From: Rebecca billardiae RCC1528
Taxonomy: Eukaryota; Protista; Haptophyta
DNA: 64,000 nt
Direction of reading: 5' to 3'
NCBI GenBank assembly: GCA_965240325.2
Contig: OZ251241.1
Coordinates: 62,001 to 126,000 of the forward strand
The notes under the pieces were generated by a model. That model worked only from the letters and a program-made list of their open reading frames with translations, did no database searches and was not told the origin of the DNA. This document shows, one piece after another, positions 12,434-22,099 of this stretch (the stretch's first letter is position 1; each line of letters starts with the position of its first letter). Made by a program: the position numbers and the translations under genes.

Positions 12434-14425
12434 ATGTGCGTCGCCCGTGCGGCGGGGCTGGCGCTCGCGGCGCTCGCGCTGGCGTGCCCCGCCACGGAGG
12501 GGCGCCAGCCACCGCACGCCCCGCGCGGTGCCTTCGGCGCCCCCCTGCTGGCGCGGACGCCGCTCGCTCGCGTGCGCACGAGCGCGCGCGTCGCATCCGC
12601 CGCGCCCGCGGCGCCCGCGTCGGCGGCGGACGAGGACGAGGCGCGTCAGCTCGGCGACGAGTCTCTCGCGCGCGGCCCCGCGCACTCGAGCGGCATGCGC
12701 CGGCGCGTCATCCGCCGCGGCGACTACGTCGTCCACCGCGAGCTCGGCGTCGCGCGCTTCCTCGGCGTGCTCAAGCGGCCGGCGGGGCGGTGGCTGGTGC
12801 TCGAGTTCTCGGACGAGGAGTACGAGCTGCCCACGGCGGAGCAGCAGCAGATCTCGCTCTTCAGGCGCGCGGACGAGGCGCTGCTCAAGCCCGTGCGCCT
12901 CTCCTCCACCAAGCGCGTCGCCGTGTGGCGCGCCAAGAAGGCCAAGGCGCGCACGCAGCTCGACGCGCTCACCTCCGGGCTTCTCGTGGCGTACCGCGAG
13001 CGGCAGCGGCTCGAGCGCCCGCCGTGCCCGGCCGACGACGCGCGCTTCGACGCGTTCGTGGCGAACTGCACCTTCGAGCTCACCGACGACCAGCACCGCG
13101 CGTGCGCCGACATCGCGGCGGACATGTGTGTGAGCGCGCGCCCGATGGACCGGCTGCTGTGCGGCGACGTGGGCTTCGGCAAGACGGAGGTGGCGAACCG
13201 CGCGCTGATGCGCTGCGCGCTGGCGGGGCGGCAGGCGGCGGTGCTCGCGCCGACGACGGTGCTCGCGTGGCAGCACCACAAGTCGATGTGCGCGCGCATG
13301 CCCACGCTGCGCGTCGGGCTGCTCACGCGGCTCACGCCCGCCGCGGACGCGCGCCGCGTGTTGCTCACGCTGGCGGAGGGCGAGCTCGACGTGCTGATCG
13401 GCACGCACGCCATCCTCTCGAAGCGCGTGGCGTGGGCGCGGCTCGGGCTGATGGTGGTGGACGAGGAGCACCGCTTCGGCGTCCACCAGAAGGAGAAGGT
13501 GAAGGCGCTGTGCGTGGGCGTTGACTTCCTCGCGCTCACGGCCACGCCGATCCCGCGCACACTCTCGATGGGGCTGTGCTCGCTGCGGGACATGTCCGTG
13601 CTCAACACGCCGCCGCCCGGCCGGCTGGCGGTGCGCACCGTGTGCGCGCCGTACACCACGCAGCTCGTGCGCGACGCCGTGCGCGACGAGCTCGCGCGCG
13701 GCGGGCAGCTCTTCTACGTCGTGCCGCGCATCTCGATGATCGAGCCCGCGCTCGCTCTGCTGGGCGAGCTCTTCCCGAGCGCGGCGCTGGAGTGGGCGCA
13801 CGGCGGGCTGCCCGACCTCGACGCGCGGATGCTGCGCTTCGGCAACGGCACGGCGCGCGTGCTCGTCTCCACCTCGGTGATCGAGTGCGGCATCGACCTG
13901 CCCAGCGTGAACACGCTGATCGTCGAGCACGCGCACATGTTCGGCCTCGCGTCCCTGCACCAGCTGCGCGGCCGCGTCGGCCGCTCGGCCGCGCAGGCGC
14001 ACGCCTACCTGCTCACGCCGCCGGAGGAGCGGCTCACGCCCGAGGCGTCGGCGCGGCTCAAGACGCTCGAGGCCTTCTCCGAGCTGGGCGACGGGTACGA
14101 GCTCTCGCAGGCCGACCTCGCGCTGCGCGGCGCGGGCAACCTGCTGGGCCCCGAGCAGTCGGGCAACATGCACGCCATCGGCGCCGACCTCTTCTTCGAG
14201 ATGCTCGACGAGGCGATCGAGCAGGCGCGCGCCAACGAGCAAGCGCGCGCGCCGGGCAAGGCCGGGGCGGGCGGCGCGGCGGGCGCACAGGCGGCGGGCG
14301 CGGAGGCTCCGGCCGGGGCGGCGGCGGCGAGTCGTGAGGGCGCGCCGGCCCCGCCGCAGGGCGCGGGCGCCGACGACGAGCCGCCCGGACGGGAGCAGCC
14401 TGCGCAGCCGGGCGCGGCGGCATAG
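12434..14425 (+). CDS. mfd: Mfd/TRCF-like SF2 helicase, probably plastid-targeted, truncated architecture
   Basis: CarD/RID-like RRGDYVVHRELGVARF; PMDRLLCGDVGFGKTEVA; VDEEHRFGV; TATPIPRTL; FGLASLHQLRGRVGRS; TRG-like DLALRGAGNLLGPEQSG. Hydrophobic N-terminal signal MCVARAAGLALAALALAC. No introns. Confidence 0.9.
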   Translation: MCVARAAGLALAALALACPATEGRQPPHAPRGAFGAPLLARTPLARVRTSARVASAAPAAPASAADEDEARQLGDESLARGPAHSSGMRRRVIRRGDYVVHRELGVARFLGVLKRPAGRWLVLEFSDEEYELPTAEQQQISLFRRADEALLKPVRLSSTKRVAVWRAKKAKARTQLDALTSGLLVAYRERQRLERPPCPADDARFDAFVANCTFELTDDQHRACADIAADMCVSARPMDRLLCGDVGFGKTEVANRALMRCALAGRQAAVLAPTTVLAWQHHKSMCARMPTLRVGLLTRLTPAADARRVLLTLAEGELDVLIGTHAILSKRVAWARLGLMVVDEEHRFGVHQKEKVKALCVGVDFLALTATPIPRTLSMGLCSLRDMSVLNTPPPGRLAVRTVCAPYTTQLVRDAVRDELARGGQLFYVVPRISMIEPALALLGELFPSAALEWAHGGLPDLDARMLRFGNGTARVLVSTSVIECGIDLPSVNTLIVEHAHMFGLASLHQLRGRVGRSAAQAHAYLLTPPEERLTPEASARLKTLEAFSELGDGYELSQADLALRGAGNLLGPEQSGNMHAIGADLFFEMLDEAIEQARANEQARAPGKAGAGGAAGAQAAGAEAPAGAAAASREGAPAPPQGAGADDEPPGREQPAQPGAAA

Positions 14426-14914
14426 CCGGGGACACTCGCCGAGAGGCGGCGCCCCGCGCCAAGGCGGCTGTGCGACAGTCGCGCCAGGATGCTGGCTTGT
14501 TGCGGCGGGCATGGGACAGAGCGGCGAGCTTGGCTGCGGCTGTGCCTTCGCAGCTCGTTGGGCTCGAGCTTCAGTCTTCAGTGCTGTGGCCCTGCCCACC
14601 GACCAACGCAGCCCACATCAGCTGCTCATCACAGACTCGGCCGGGCCGCTGGCGTCCTGGCGCCACTGCCTGGCCCTGCCCCGTGGTGTCATGCGTCGTC
14701 GAGTGAGTTGTCGTGTTGCGAGTCTGAGTCGCCATCGCGCCGTCGCACGGCGCGGCGGCGAGGCGGTGGTGGCCTTGCCCTTGATTATCATGGCGGCGGA
14801 TGAAAAAAAAAGCAGCAGTAGTCGCGCGGCCCACACCGCGTGCTAAAAAAAGGGCGCGCGGAACCGCAAGGATGCGGCGCGCTCGCGCCCAGCTTTGCGC
14901 ATGAGTCCGGACAC

Positions 14915-15484
14915 ATGGCGGTCGTCAACCGGACCACGTCGACGTCGACTGCTGACTTGCCGTGGCGTCGCCCAAGAAGGTGCGCTACGGCGCAAGAGCG
15001 CGGCGCAGCCCGCTGCCTCGGGGGGCGCGCAGCCGCACGAGGTGGCACGCTGCTCGGGCTCGTGGTCGGAAAGCATTCTCGCGCATGCCCCAGCTGTCGC
15101 TCACGCGCGTCTCCCCGCCCGCTCCGCCGCTTGCTCGCGCTGCGACCCGCCGCCCCCGCCATTGCCGCTCACGCGCGCAGGAGCTGACGTGGCAGGGCAG
15201 CGCATTTTGGGATGGCGACTAAGAATGCGCTGAAGAAGCAGATCCGTAAGACGCACACGCAGTGCCCGCGGTGCGGGCGCAAGTCGTACCACATGCAGAA
15301 GAAGGTGTGTGGTGGATGCGGCTACCCGTCCGCGCGCAAGAGGAAGTACAACTGGTCGGCAAAGGCGCTGCGCCGCAAGACGACGGGGACGGGCCGGATG
15401 CGCTACCTGCGCGACCTGCCGCGCCGCTTCAAGAACGGCTTCCGCGAGGGCACGAAGGCGAAGGCGCTCCCGAAGGAGAGCTAA
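14915..15484 (+). CDS. RPL37: 60S ribosomal protein eL37 with an atypical N-terminus
   Basis: [54 protein letters not shown] at 15212-15484. A possible upstream exon 14915..14979 (donor GTGCGC at 14980, CTGAC at 15184, acceptor AG at 15195) joins in frame. Start uncertain. Confidence 0.85.
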
Positions 15485-16124
15485 GCGCCCTCGGCGAGTG
15501 CTGGCTCCGCCCCCGAGTGCACCGAGGCGGTGGGGCGGCACTGCGGCGCGCACGTGGTGTCAGTGCGTCACCTTCCGCCAAGCTCGCGCTCATGCACCCG
15601 CCTGCGGCTGTCAGCGGTGCATGGGCGTGCAGTTGTGTCCGCGCTCTGTGGGCTACGTCACGTGTCAGAGCCCCGGCTGGGCGCTGGCAGCAGAGCAGTG
15701 CGGCTGTGCATCTTCGCGGATGAAACTGAGAGCTCGGTGCCGGTGCCGGTGGCGGGCGGTGGCAGTGCTGCGCGCGTCAGTGGTGTTAAGGCTCACGGAC
15801 ACGTGCGTCTCTTGTGTGAGCGCATCATGCTCGCGGACATATAGTCTCATCAGTGCTCGCCATACGGTATACCATATAGCTGGGCAGGGGCCGACCGGCC
15901 GCCTCACTCAGTCACTGGGCGTCGGGCGGTCGGCCACCCGTCCGGACTCCGGGACCGCGGACACCGTACTCTGTCAGTCACTCTGTCGGCGGACTCGGAG
16001 ACTCAGTCTCGTCGGACTCTCGGACGCCTCACGGAGCCCTCGGAGTCAGAGTGACTCAGACGGTCACGGCTGAGCCTGAGTCGGCGCCGGACTACCCGGA
16101 AAGTCATTACTCTCGTCTCTCAAT

Positions 16125-17020
16125 GGCCTGTTTTATTTCTACCAGAGCCCAGCGGCGACATTCGCCAACGCGGTAAAATGGCGGCTTGCCCGCTGGTGGT
16201 GGGTACCGGCGCGATTGCGGAGTAGTGATGGCACGTCGTTGGCGCATGTTCGTACTAGGGCGCTGAGCTGTAGCTAAAGATCATGCCAATGCTTGCTGCT
16301 AAGCCTTGCCATGGTGCTTCTCCATGACACAGACGGGTCACTCGCAGCGCACGGCAGTGTGACGATCGCCGCGCCGCGGCAGCAAACCGCGGTTGCGGGC
16401 GCGTTGCAAGCTGCAAGCACTCTGCCGTGGCTGCGTCGCGCCCGTGTCAGTTGGTGAACCAGGATTGTTGAACGACCGATGGACTGCAAACGATACCAGC
16501 TCTACTCGCTCCGCCGCCACTTCCTTGTCGAGCGTGAGATGTTTGCGCATGCAGCTTGCCGCCTGCATTTGAACGTTGTCACGGCAGGTTGGTGGGCCGG
16601 TTGTTCAGGCCTCCTCGGCGTAGATGACGACAAGGTGCGTGCCCCGCGCACCCATGGCGCGCAGAAAGGCGTGCACACGCGTCATCGCGCATCTGGCAGG
16701 CTGCAGTCTTGGCCAAGATGATGAGAACAAGCCTGCCAGTGCCTCGCCACGCGGGCGCAAGCGCGCAGAGAGATCTGGCTTCTGACCCGTGCTCTTCAGT
16801 GTACCTCGTGTGCGACGACGACGAGGCGGACGAGCGCCGCAACTGGATTCGTGCACTCACCGGTCACCGAGGAGTGCACGAATCGCATTCCTCACGCACG
16901 TGGGGGCCGCCATCGGCCGTGAGAGGTACACTGAACGGGGCGTGACACTCATTCCCACTGGCGGGCACGGGTTTGTCGCCGTGACATAGTAAATGGAATC
17001 TGGTAGAAATAAAACAGGCC
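16125..17020. mobile_element. Non-autonomous TIR element B inserted in the left TIR of element A
   Basis: Perfect 22-bp TIRs GGCCTGTTTTATTTCTACCAGA (16125-16146 / 16999-17020), flanked by a CAAT direct repeat (16121-16124 / 17021-17024). Confidence 0.85.
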
Positions 17021-18101
17021 CAATATCACTTTATATGGGTTGGCGCTGCGCGTCAACTTGGGCTGGAAACCTGTTTCTGAAACGCACGATGGCACGCCGG
17101 GCCGGTAGCCCGAGCTCGGAATTCCGACGCTCGGCCATGGGCGCCACAGGGGCGCCGCGGCGGGGCTGACGACGCGCGCGCGTGTGCACGTCTGGGCACG
17201 GAGTGCGCGCTGCAATGACTGTCCCGTCTGCAGCACCACGCCCCGCGCTGTGAGTGAGAGTGTGGCCCGCGCCCAAGCGAAACGCCGGACGGGCGGCACT
17301 CCGCCGACCTTGCCGTCCGCCGACCAACCCGCGGCCGCCTGCTGCAGCTCGTGGAAGGCACGCAGTCGCGCGCTCGCGCGTGGATGGCGGCCCTGCGCGT
17401 AAGCGCCCACCGCGCGTGCCGCTTCATCCGCTGGCACCGCACGCGAGGGCGCTCGTCGCGCGCAGTCGGCAGCTCGAGCCCTCCGCCGCCCGATCGGGCC
17501 GGCGCCACGCCTCGCGCTCGTGCTCGAGCTGAGGCGGCGCGTGTCGCCCGAGCCGGCGGGTTCGCACGCGTGCGCGTGGTGGGCGGCCTCGCGCGTGAGC
17601 CCGCCGCGCGCCCCGCGTTGCTCGCTGGCGCCGCACGCGAGCCGTTCGTCGCGCGACCGACCGCAAGAGGGCGACCCTCGGGCTCGTGGGCTCTCGCTCT
17701 CTGTCGGCTTCGGACCCGGGACGCCGAGGCCGCGCGAGGTTGCTCCGACGCTCGTATGTCAAATGCAAGATGATACCCGCGTGTCACGATCAGCGCGCCC
17801 TTTCGCTCGTGAAATGTCTAGCGAGAAAGTGACGGTTCGTGTGAATGTGAAGTGTGAACTCGCGACACGACGAATGGGCCGATGCGATTCGCGCGAATGT
17901 GAGTACGCAGAGCGCCGAACGACGAGCGGTTTTTGACCGAACGACGAGCGGCTTTTGTCCTATCGGGCGCCTAGGCGGGTACGCAAATTGCGCTTATGTG
18001 ACCGACCGACAGACAGACAGGTGAGCCGGGCGTCAAAAAAAGGGTTGCGACGGGCTGGTCCCCAGCGTGAAGTCGTGCCTTTGTTCTCGTGGGTTTCCAG
18101 A

Positions 18102-18206
18102 ATTCACAGTTTGAGTGCCGCGTATATTATGAGTATATTAATATATATAATAAGGCTTATTATATATTAATATACTCATAATATACGCGGCACTCAAACT
18201 GTGAAT
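18102..18206. repeat. AT-rich near-perfect 105-bp palindrome
   Basis: Arms ATTCACAGTTTGAGTGCCGCGTATATTATGAGTATATTAAT... differ by one TA unit; 1-nt loop at about 18155. Confidence 0.95.
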
Positions 18207-18610
18207 AAAGTGATATTGTGAGTATAATGACTTTCCGGGTAGTCCGGCGCCGACTCGGGCTCAGCCGTGACCAATTCTATGATTTAAAGACACAGGCACG
18301 AGGGCGCAGCTCTCCTGATTCGTCTGTAGTGGTACTGGTCGAAGCTTGCAGCAGTGGCAGTGGTGTGAGCGCGTTGATGTTGGTCCCCATGGCGGATGTC
18401 GTTGTTGTCGTCGTCCGGACGTCGTCAGGCCCACCAGGAAGTGCATGGGTACGAAATCAAAGGCGAGTGAGCATGTTGGCGTCGGCCAGGCCGTCCCCTA
18501 CTTGGTCAGCAGCTGGTGCGGATGATGTCGTCGCCTACTTGGTCAGTGGCAGGTCATGGTGGACGATGGTGTAGCCTGTTCTTGGTCAGCAGCTGGTGGG
18601 TGATGTTGTG

Positions 18611-18941
18611 GCCGAAGTTAATAGTAGTTGGACTCGCCTGAGTTAGTAGTAGTTGGACTCGCCGAAGTTGGTAGTAGTTGGACTCGCCGAAGTTAGTAGT
18701 AGTTGGACTCGCCTGAGTTAGTAGTAGTTGGACTCGCCGAAGTTAGTAGTAGTTGGACTCGCCGAAGTTAGTAGTAGTTGGACTCGCCGAAGTTAGTAGT
18801 CGTAGTTGGACTCGCCGAAGTTAGTAGTAGTTGGACTCGCCGAAGTTAGTAGTAGTTGGACTCGCCGAAGTTAGTAGTAGTTGGACTCGCCGAAGTTTGT
18901 AGTAGTTGGACTCGCCGAAGTTAGTAGTAGTTGGACTCGCC
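18611..18941. repeat. 25-bp minisatellite, 13 copies, in the retroelement 3' UTR
   Basis: Unit GCCGAAGTTAGTAGTAGTTGGACTC, head-to-tail with no spacers; one copy has a 3-bp insertion. Confidence 0.95.
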
Positions 18942-19117
18942 GTCGGGGACTGGTTCCGGTACTTGTGGGGGATGGTCGTGTCTCTGCTGGGCCTGGTGGT
19001 TCTGGTTGAGCTCGTCCTCCTCCTCCCCCCCCCCCCCCCCGGGCGCTTGGGCAGTTCCCCCACCCTCCCCAGCAGGGGCCTCTGGCCAGCCTGAGTTCTG
19101 CCTGCGGGCCAGTGGCC

Positions 19118-20574
19118 TCAGTGGGCCTGACCTGGCAGTGCCCTTGGGACTGTGGTCCTGTAATGGCCTCTCCAGTGAGAGATGACCCTGGTCTGTCCGA
19201 GTGCGCCCGCTGCCAGCCTGGTGGCCACTTGGGGCCAGGGTAGCACCTCAATGTGCAGCGGGTCGTGCCGGTTGTACTGGGGGGAGCCTGGGCTGTGGAA
19301 GACCTGGACCATACGAAGAGGGGCGCCGGTGTGAGGGTCTCTGGTGACCAGGACGACTGTGGTGTTCGCCCCTGCTGCCACACAGGGGAGGAGTGCATCT
19401 GCCAACGGGGTGCCAGCCTCTCGAACCGTGCCCAGGGTGGCAGCCGCTGCTGCTGCCCTCTGTGCGCTCCCATCGGGCTCGAGGTGGGCCGGCTGGAGGG
19501 CCACTGCGGCCGCCAGGACCCCCTGGTGCTGCGCACTCAGGGACAGGGCGTGCTGTACGGTGGCTTGCCTCAGTGCCTGGGCGCTCCTGGTTGCCCCTGC
19601 TGGGTCTTCGCGGGCCCCTGCGCGGGTGACGCCCAGTACCGCAAGGAACCCGCAGTTGGCACCAGTGCCATCGACGTCAGCATCCTGCAGTTCAGCTGCT
19701 GCATAGTAGGCATTGAGGGCCTGTTGGCCAGGTTCCTGCTGGGCCAGTGGGCCAGGGGGTGGAGGGGCCCTGCTGCCGGCCGGGGGCTGGCGCCCCCCTG
19801 CTGGGCCCTCCTGGCTGCTTGATGGGGGTCGGGGGCCCTGTGTTCGGTCAGGGGAGGGTGTGAGTCTTGGGCCGCTGGCGGACGATCCCTGGGTCTGCCC
19901 ATCTCTGGGGCTCGCTCCCCCTGTGAGGCGGCCGCGGCGGAGAGCGGTGAGGAAGTGCGCGAGGTCGTACCGGCGCTGGCGGCCCTCCGTCCCAGCTGTA
20001 GCTAGCTCGAGGCGCTTGTGGTGGATGTGGGTGGTGACGCTGACGATGGTAGAGTGTAAGCTTCCCACCTTGTAGCTGCCGTCCCGCCCGGCTGGCTGGC
20101 CATCCTGCTCGTCTGACTGGTCTGCATCGGCAGAGGCGCTGTTACTGTCTGGCCCCCGTCCCGCGCGGTCCGCCAGGGGTACTGTTTTGCGCTCTCCTGG
20201 GCGGCTGCCACTACTGCCTTGGGGATCTGGCCCGCATAGTAGTGCCGGTGGGCTGTAGCCTGCTCTGCCAGGTCTTGCCTGTCTTGCATCGGCATCCTGC
20301 CGCCAGTGCGCTTGTCAAGCATCCGGATGATGCTATGCTGTGCCATGCTCCTGGCGTCGGCGTGGGGGCAGTCACAGAAGACGTGCGTGGCAGAGTCCGG
20401 CCCAGGGGCGTCCGATCCTGCCTCGAGGCAGAACAGACAGTCGGTGCCCAGCGTGCAGTCCGGCCATTGCTGGCTATATGGGACTGCATCCAATCCTGGG
20501 TTGGCCCCTGCAGCATCTTGATTATACTCCAGCGCCCCGACGCAGCACCTGAGGACGAACTTGGTGAGGCGCTC
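19118..20574 (-). pseudogene. C-terminal part of the LINE ORF: Zn-knuckle plus OTU-like cysteine protease (one frameshift at about 20150-20170)
   Basis: ORF track 20002..20673 (knuckle) and 19118..20068 (OTU-like motifs) overlap in different frames. Confidence 0.75.
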
Positions 20575-20959
20575 AGATGGAGTGCTATCTGGTACCCAAA
20601 CGGGGTGCTCTTTAGTTCCCGGGCTCTTTTGCACCCCAAAACGTGCAATTGGTGACCCAGCGCAGAAGGCCACTCAAAATGGTGCACTTGAGGAACCCAA
20701 ACCCTCTTTTGTAACTCACACCCCACGACGGAGCCTCGAATGGTTGGCAACAAACCAAAAGCGCTGGGTTCCTGGGCCACGCGTCGAAAATCGACTACCC
20801 AACCGAACCTTCATTCATGAACCCACAGTTTCGCGATACCTTCGGGCGAACATTTCGGTCTACCCAGATACTGTCGTGCGCGCTGGTTCCCAGATTTGAA
20901 GATACACACATGCCCTGCTCACCAGCAAGGGCCCTTGTGCCAAGGGTGGTTGCTCAGGG

Positions 20960-21992
20960 TCGCCGATCCAGCGGAGTCCGGCGCCGGAGCTTTTCCATGG
21001 CAGATTTTTGGAGCGGAGCGGCCGCGCGGGGCCGCCGCCACTGTGGCGGGCCGCTCGGGGCGTGCACGGCGTGGGCTCGTGCGGCCGCTGCTGCGCACGC
21101 CGGGCGATCTGGCGCGGTCTCGCGGCTTGTTGATGGCCTCGCGCGCCGCAGCGCGCCGCGTGCCTTGCCTGGCTTCGCCGTTCTCGCGCATCGGCTGCCG
21201 TGCACGCATGCTCCGCCAAACCGCAAGCTCGGCATACCTCTCAGCCGAGCGCGCACGTGCCTTGCGCGACGCGACGCGGGCATTGCCGCCGGGCGATGTA
21301 CGCGTAGTGTGAGCGTGCGCCGTGAAGCCTCTGCACGGATCGAGAGCAATGAAATGATGCCGCGTGCGCGCGTGGACAGTCTGTGCGTTGAGCAGTGCTG
21401 AAAGCTTGACGACTGACTCTCTTGCCGGGGCGATTGTCACGCCGCATCGTCACGCAAGGCCTGCACGCGCGTCATAATGGCGTATGTCTTCATGGCTACA
21501 ACGCTCGACTAGTCTTCACGAGTTGCAACGTCGCGATAGCCCTTCGTTCAAAGGAGGCCAGTGATGTCCATTGGTGGTTGGTGCCGTCAGCAGTTGTCGA
21601 CAGCTGACCGAGACGTTGAAGACACTCTCGATCCGCGCCGAGGCTTCACGGCGCGCGTTCACACTACGCCTACATCGCCCGGCGGCAATGCCCGCGTCGC
21701 GTCGCGCAAGGCACGTGCACGCTCGGCTGAGAGGCACGCCGAGCTTGCGGTTTGGCGGCGCATGCGTGCATGGCGGCCGAGGCGCGAGACAGGTGAAGCT
21801 AGGCAAGGCGCGCGGGGCGCTGCGGCGCGCGAGGCCATCAACAAGCCGCGAGACCGCGCCAGATCGCTCGGCGTGCGCAGCAGCGGCCGCACGAGCCCAC
21901 GCCGTGCACGCCCCGAGCGGCCCCGCGCGGCCGCTCCGCTCCAAAAATCTGCCATGGAAAAGCTCCGGCGCCGGACTCCGCTGGATCGGCGA
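20960..21992. repeat. Long inverted repeat (foldback) inside element D
   Basis: Arms 20960-21346 and 21625-21992 are high-identity reverse complements with one ~19-bp indel; spacer about 280 bp. Confidence 0.95.
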
Positions 21993-22099
21993 GACCTGAC
22001 CCGGGCGGCCCTTTGACAATGCTTCCGCTTGGCCCGGATGGCGCAATCCGATTTTTTTCGCGCGGCCGGGCGGCCGCGGTGTTGCGTAGCGCGTCACCG

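Larger units (their letters stand above)
16062..18272. mobile_element. Non-autonomous TIR element A (long imperfect TIRs, right end abuts the LINE)
   Basis: 16062-16109 is the reverse complement of 18225-18272 (48 bp, 1 mismatch). Homology continues with CAATATCACTTTAT (17021-17034) versus ATAAAGTGATATTG (18205-18218) once element B is removed. No TSD and no transposase seen. Confidence 0.75.

Noticed and set aside
12434-14425. Bacterial contamination (intronless mfd)
   Set aside because: Host-like GC content, an N-terminal targeting peptide and eukaryotic neighbours
14891-14901. U4 snRNA-like start AGCTTTGCGCA
   Set aside because: Similarity stops after about 11 nt, and there is no Sm site
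18611-18941. CRISPR array
   Set aside because: The units are contiguous with no unique spacers, there are no cas genes, and the context is eukaryotic
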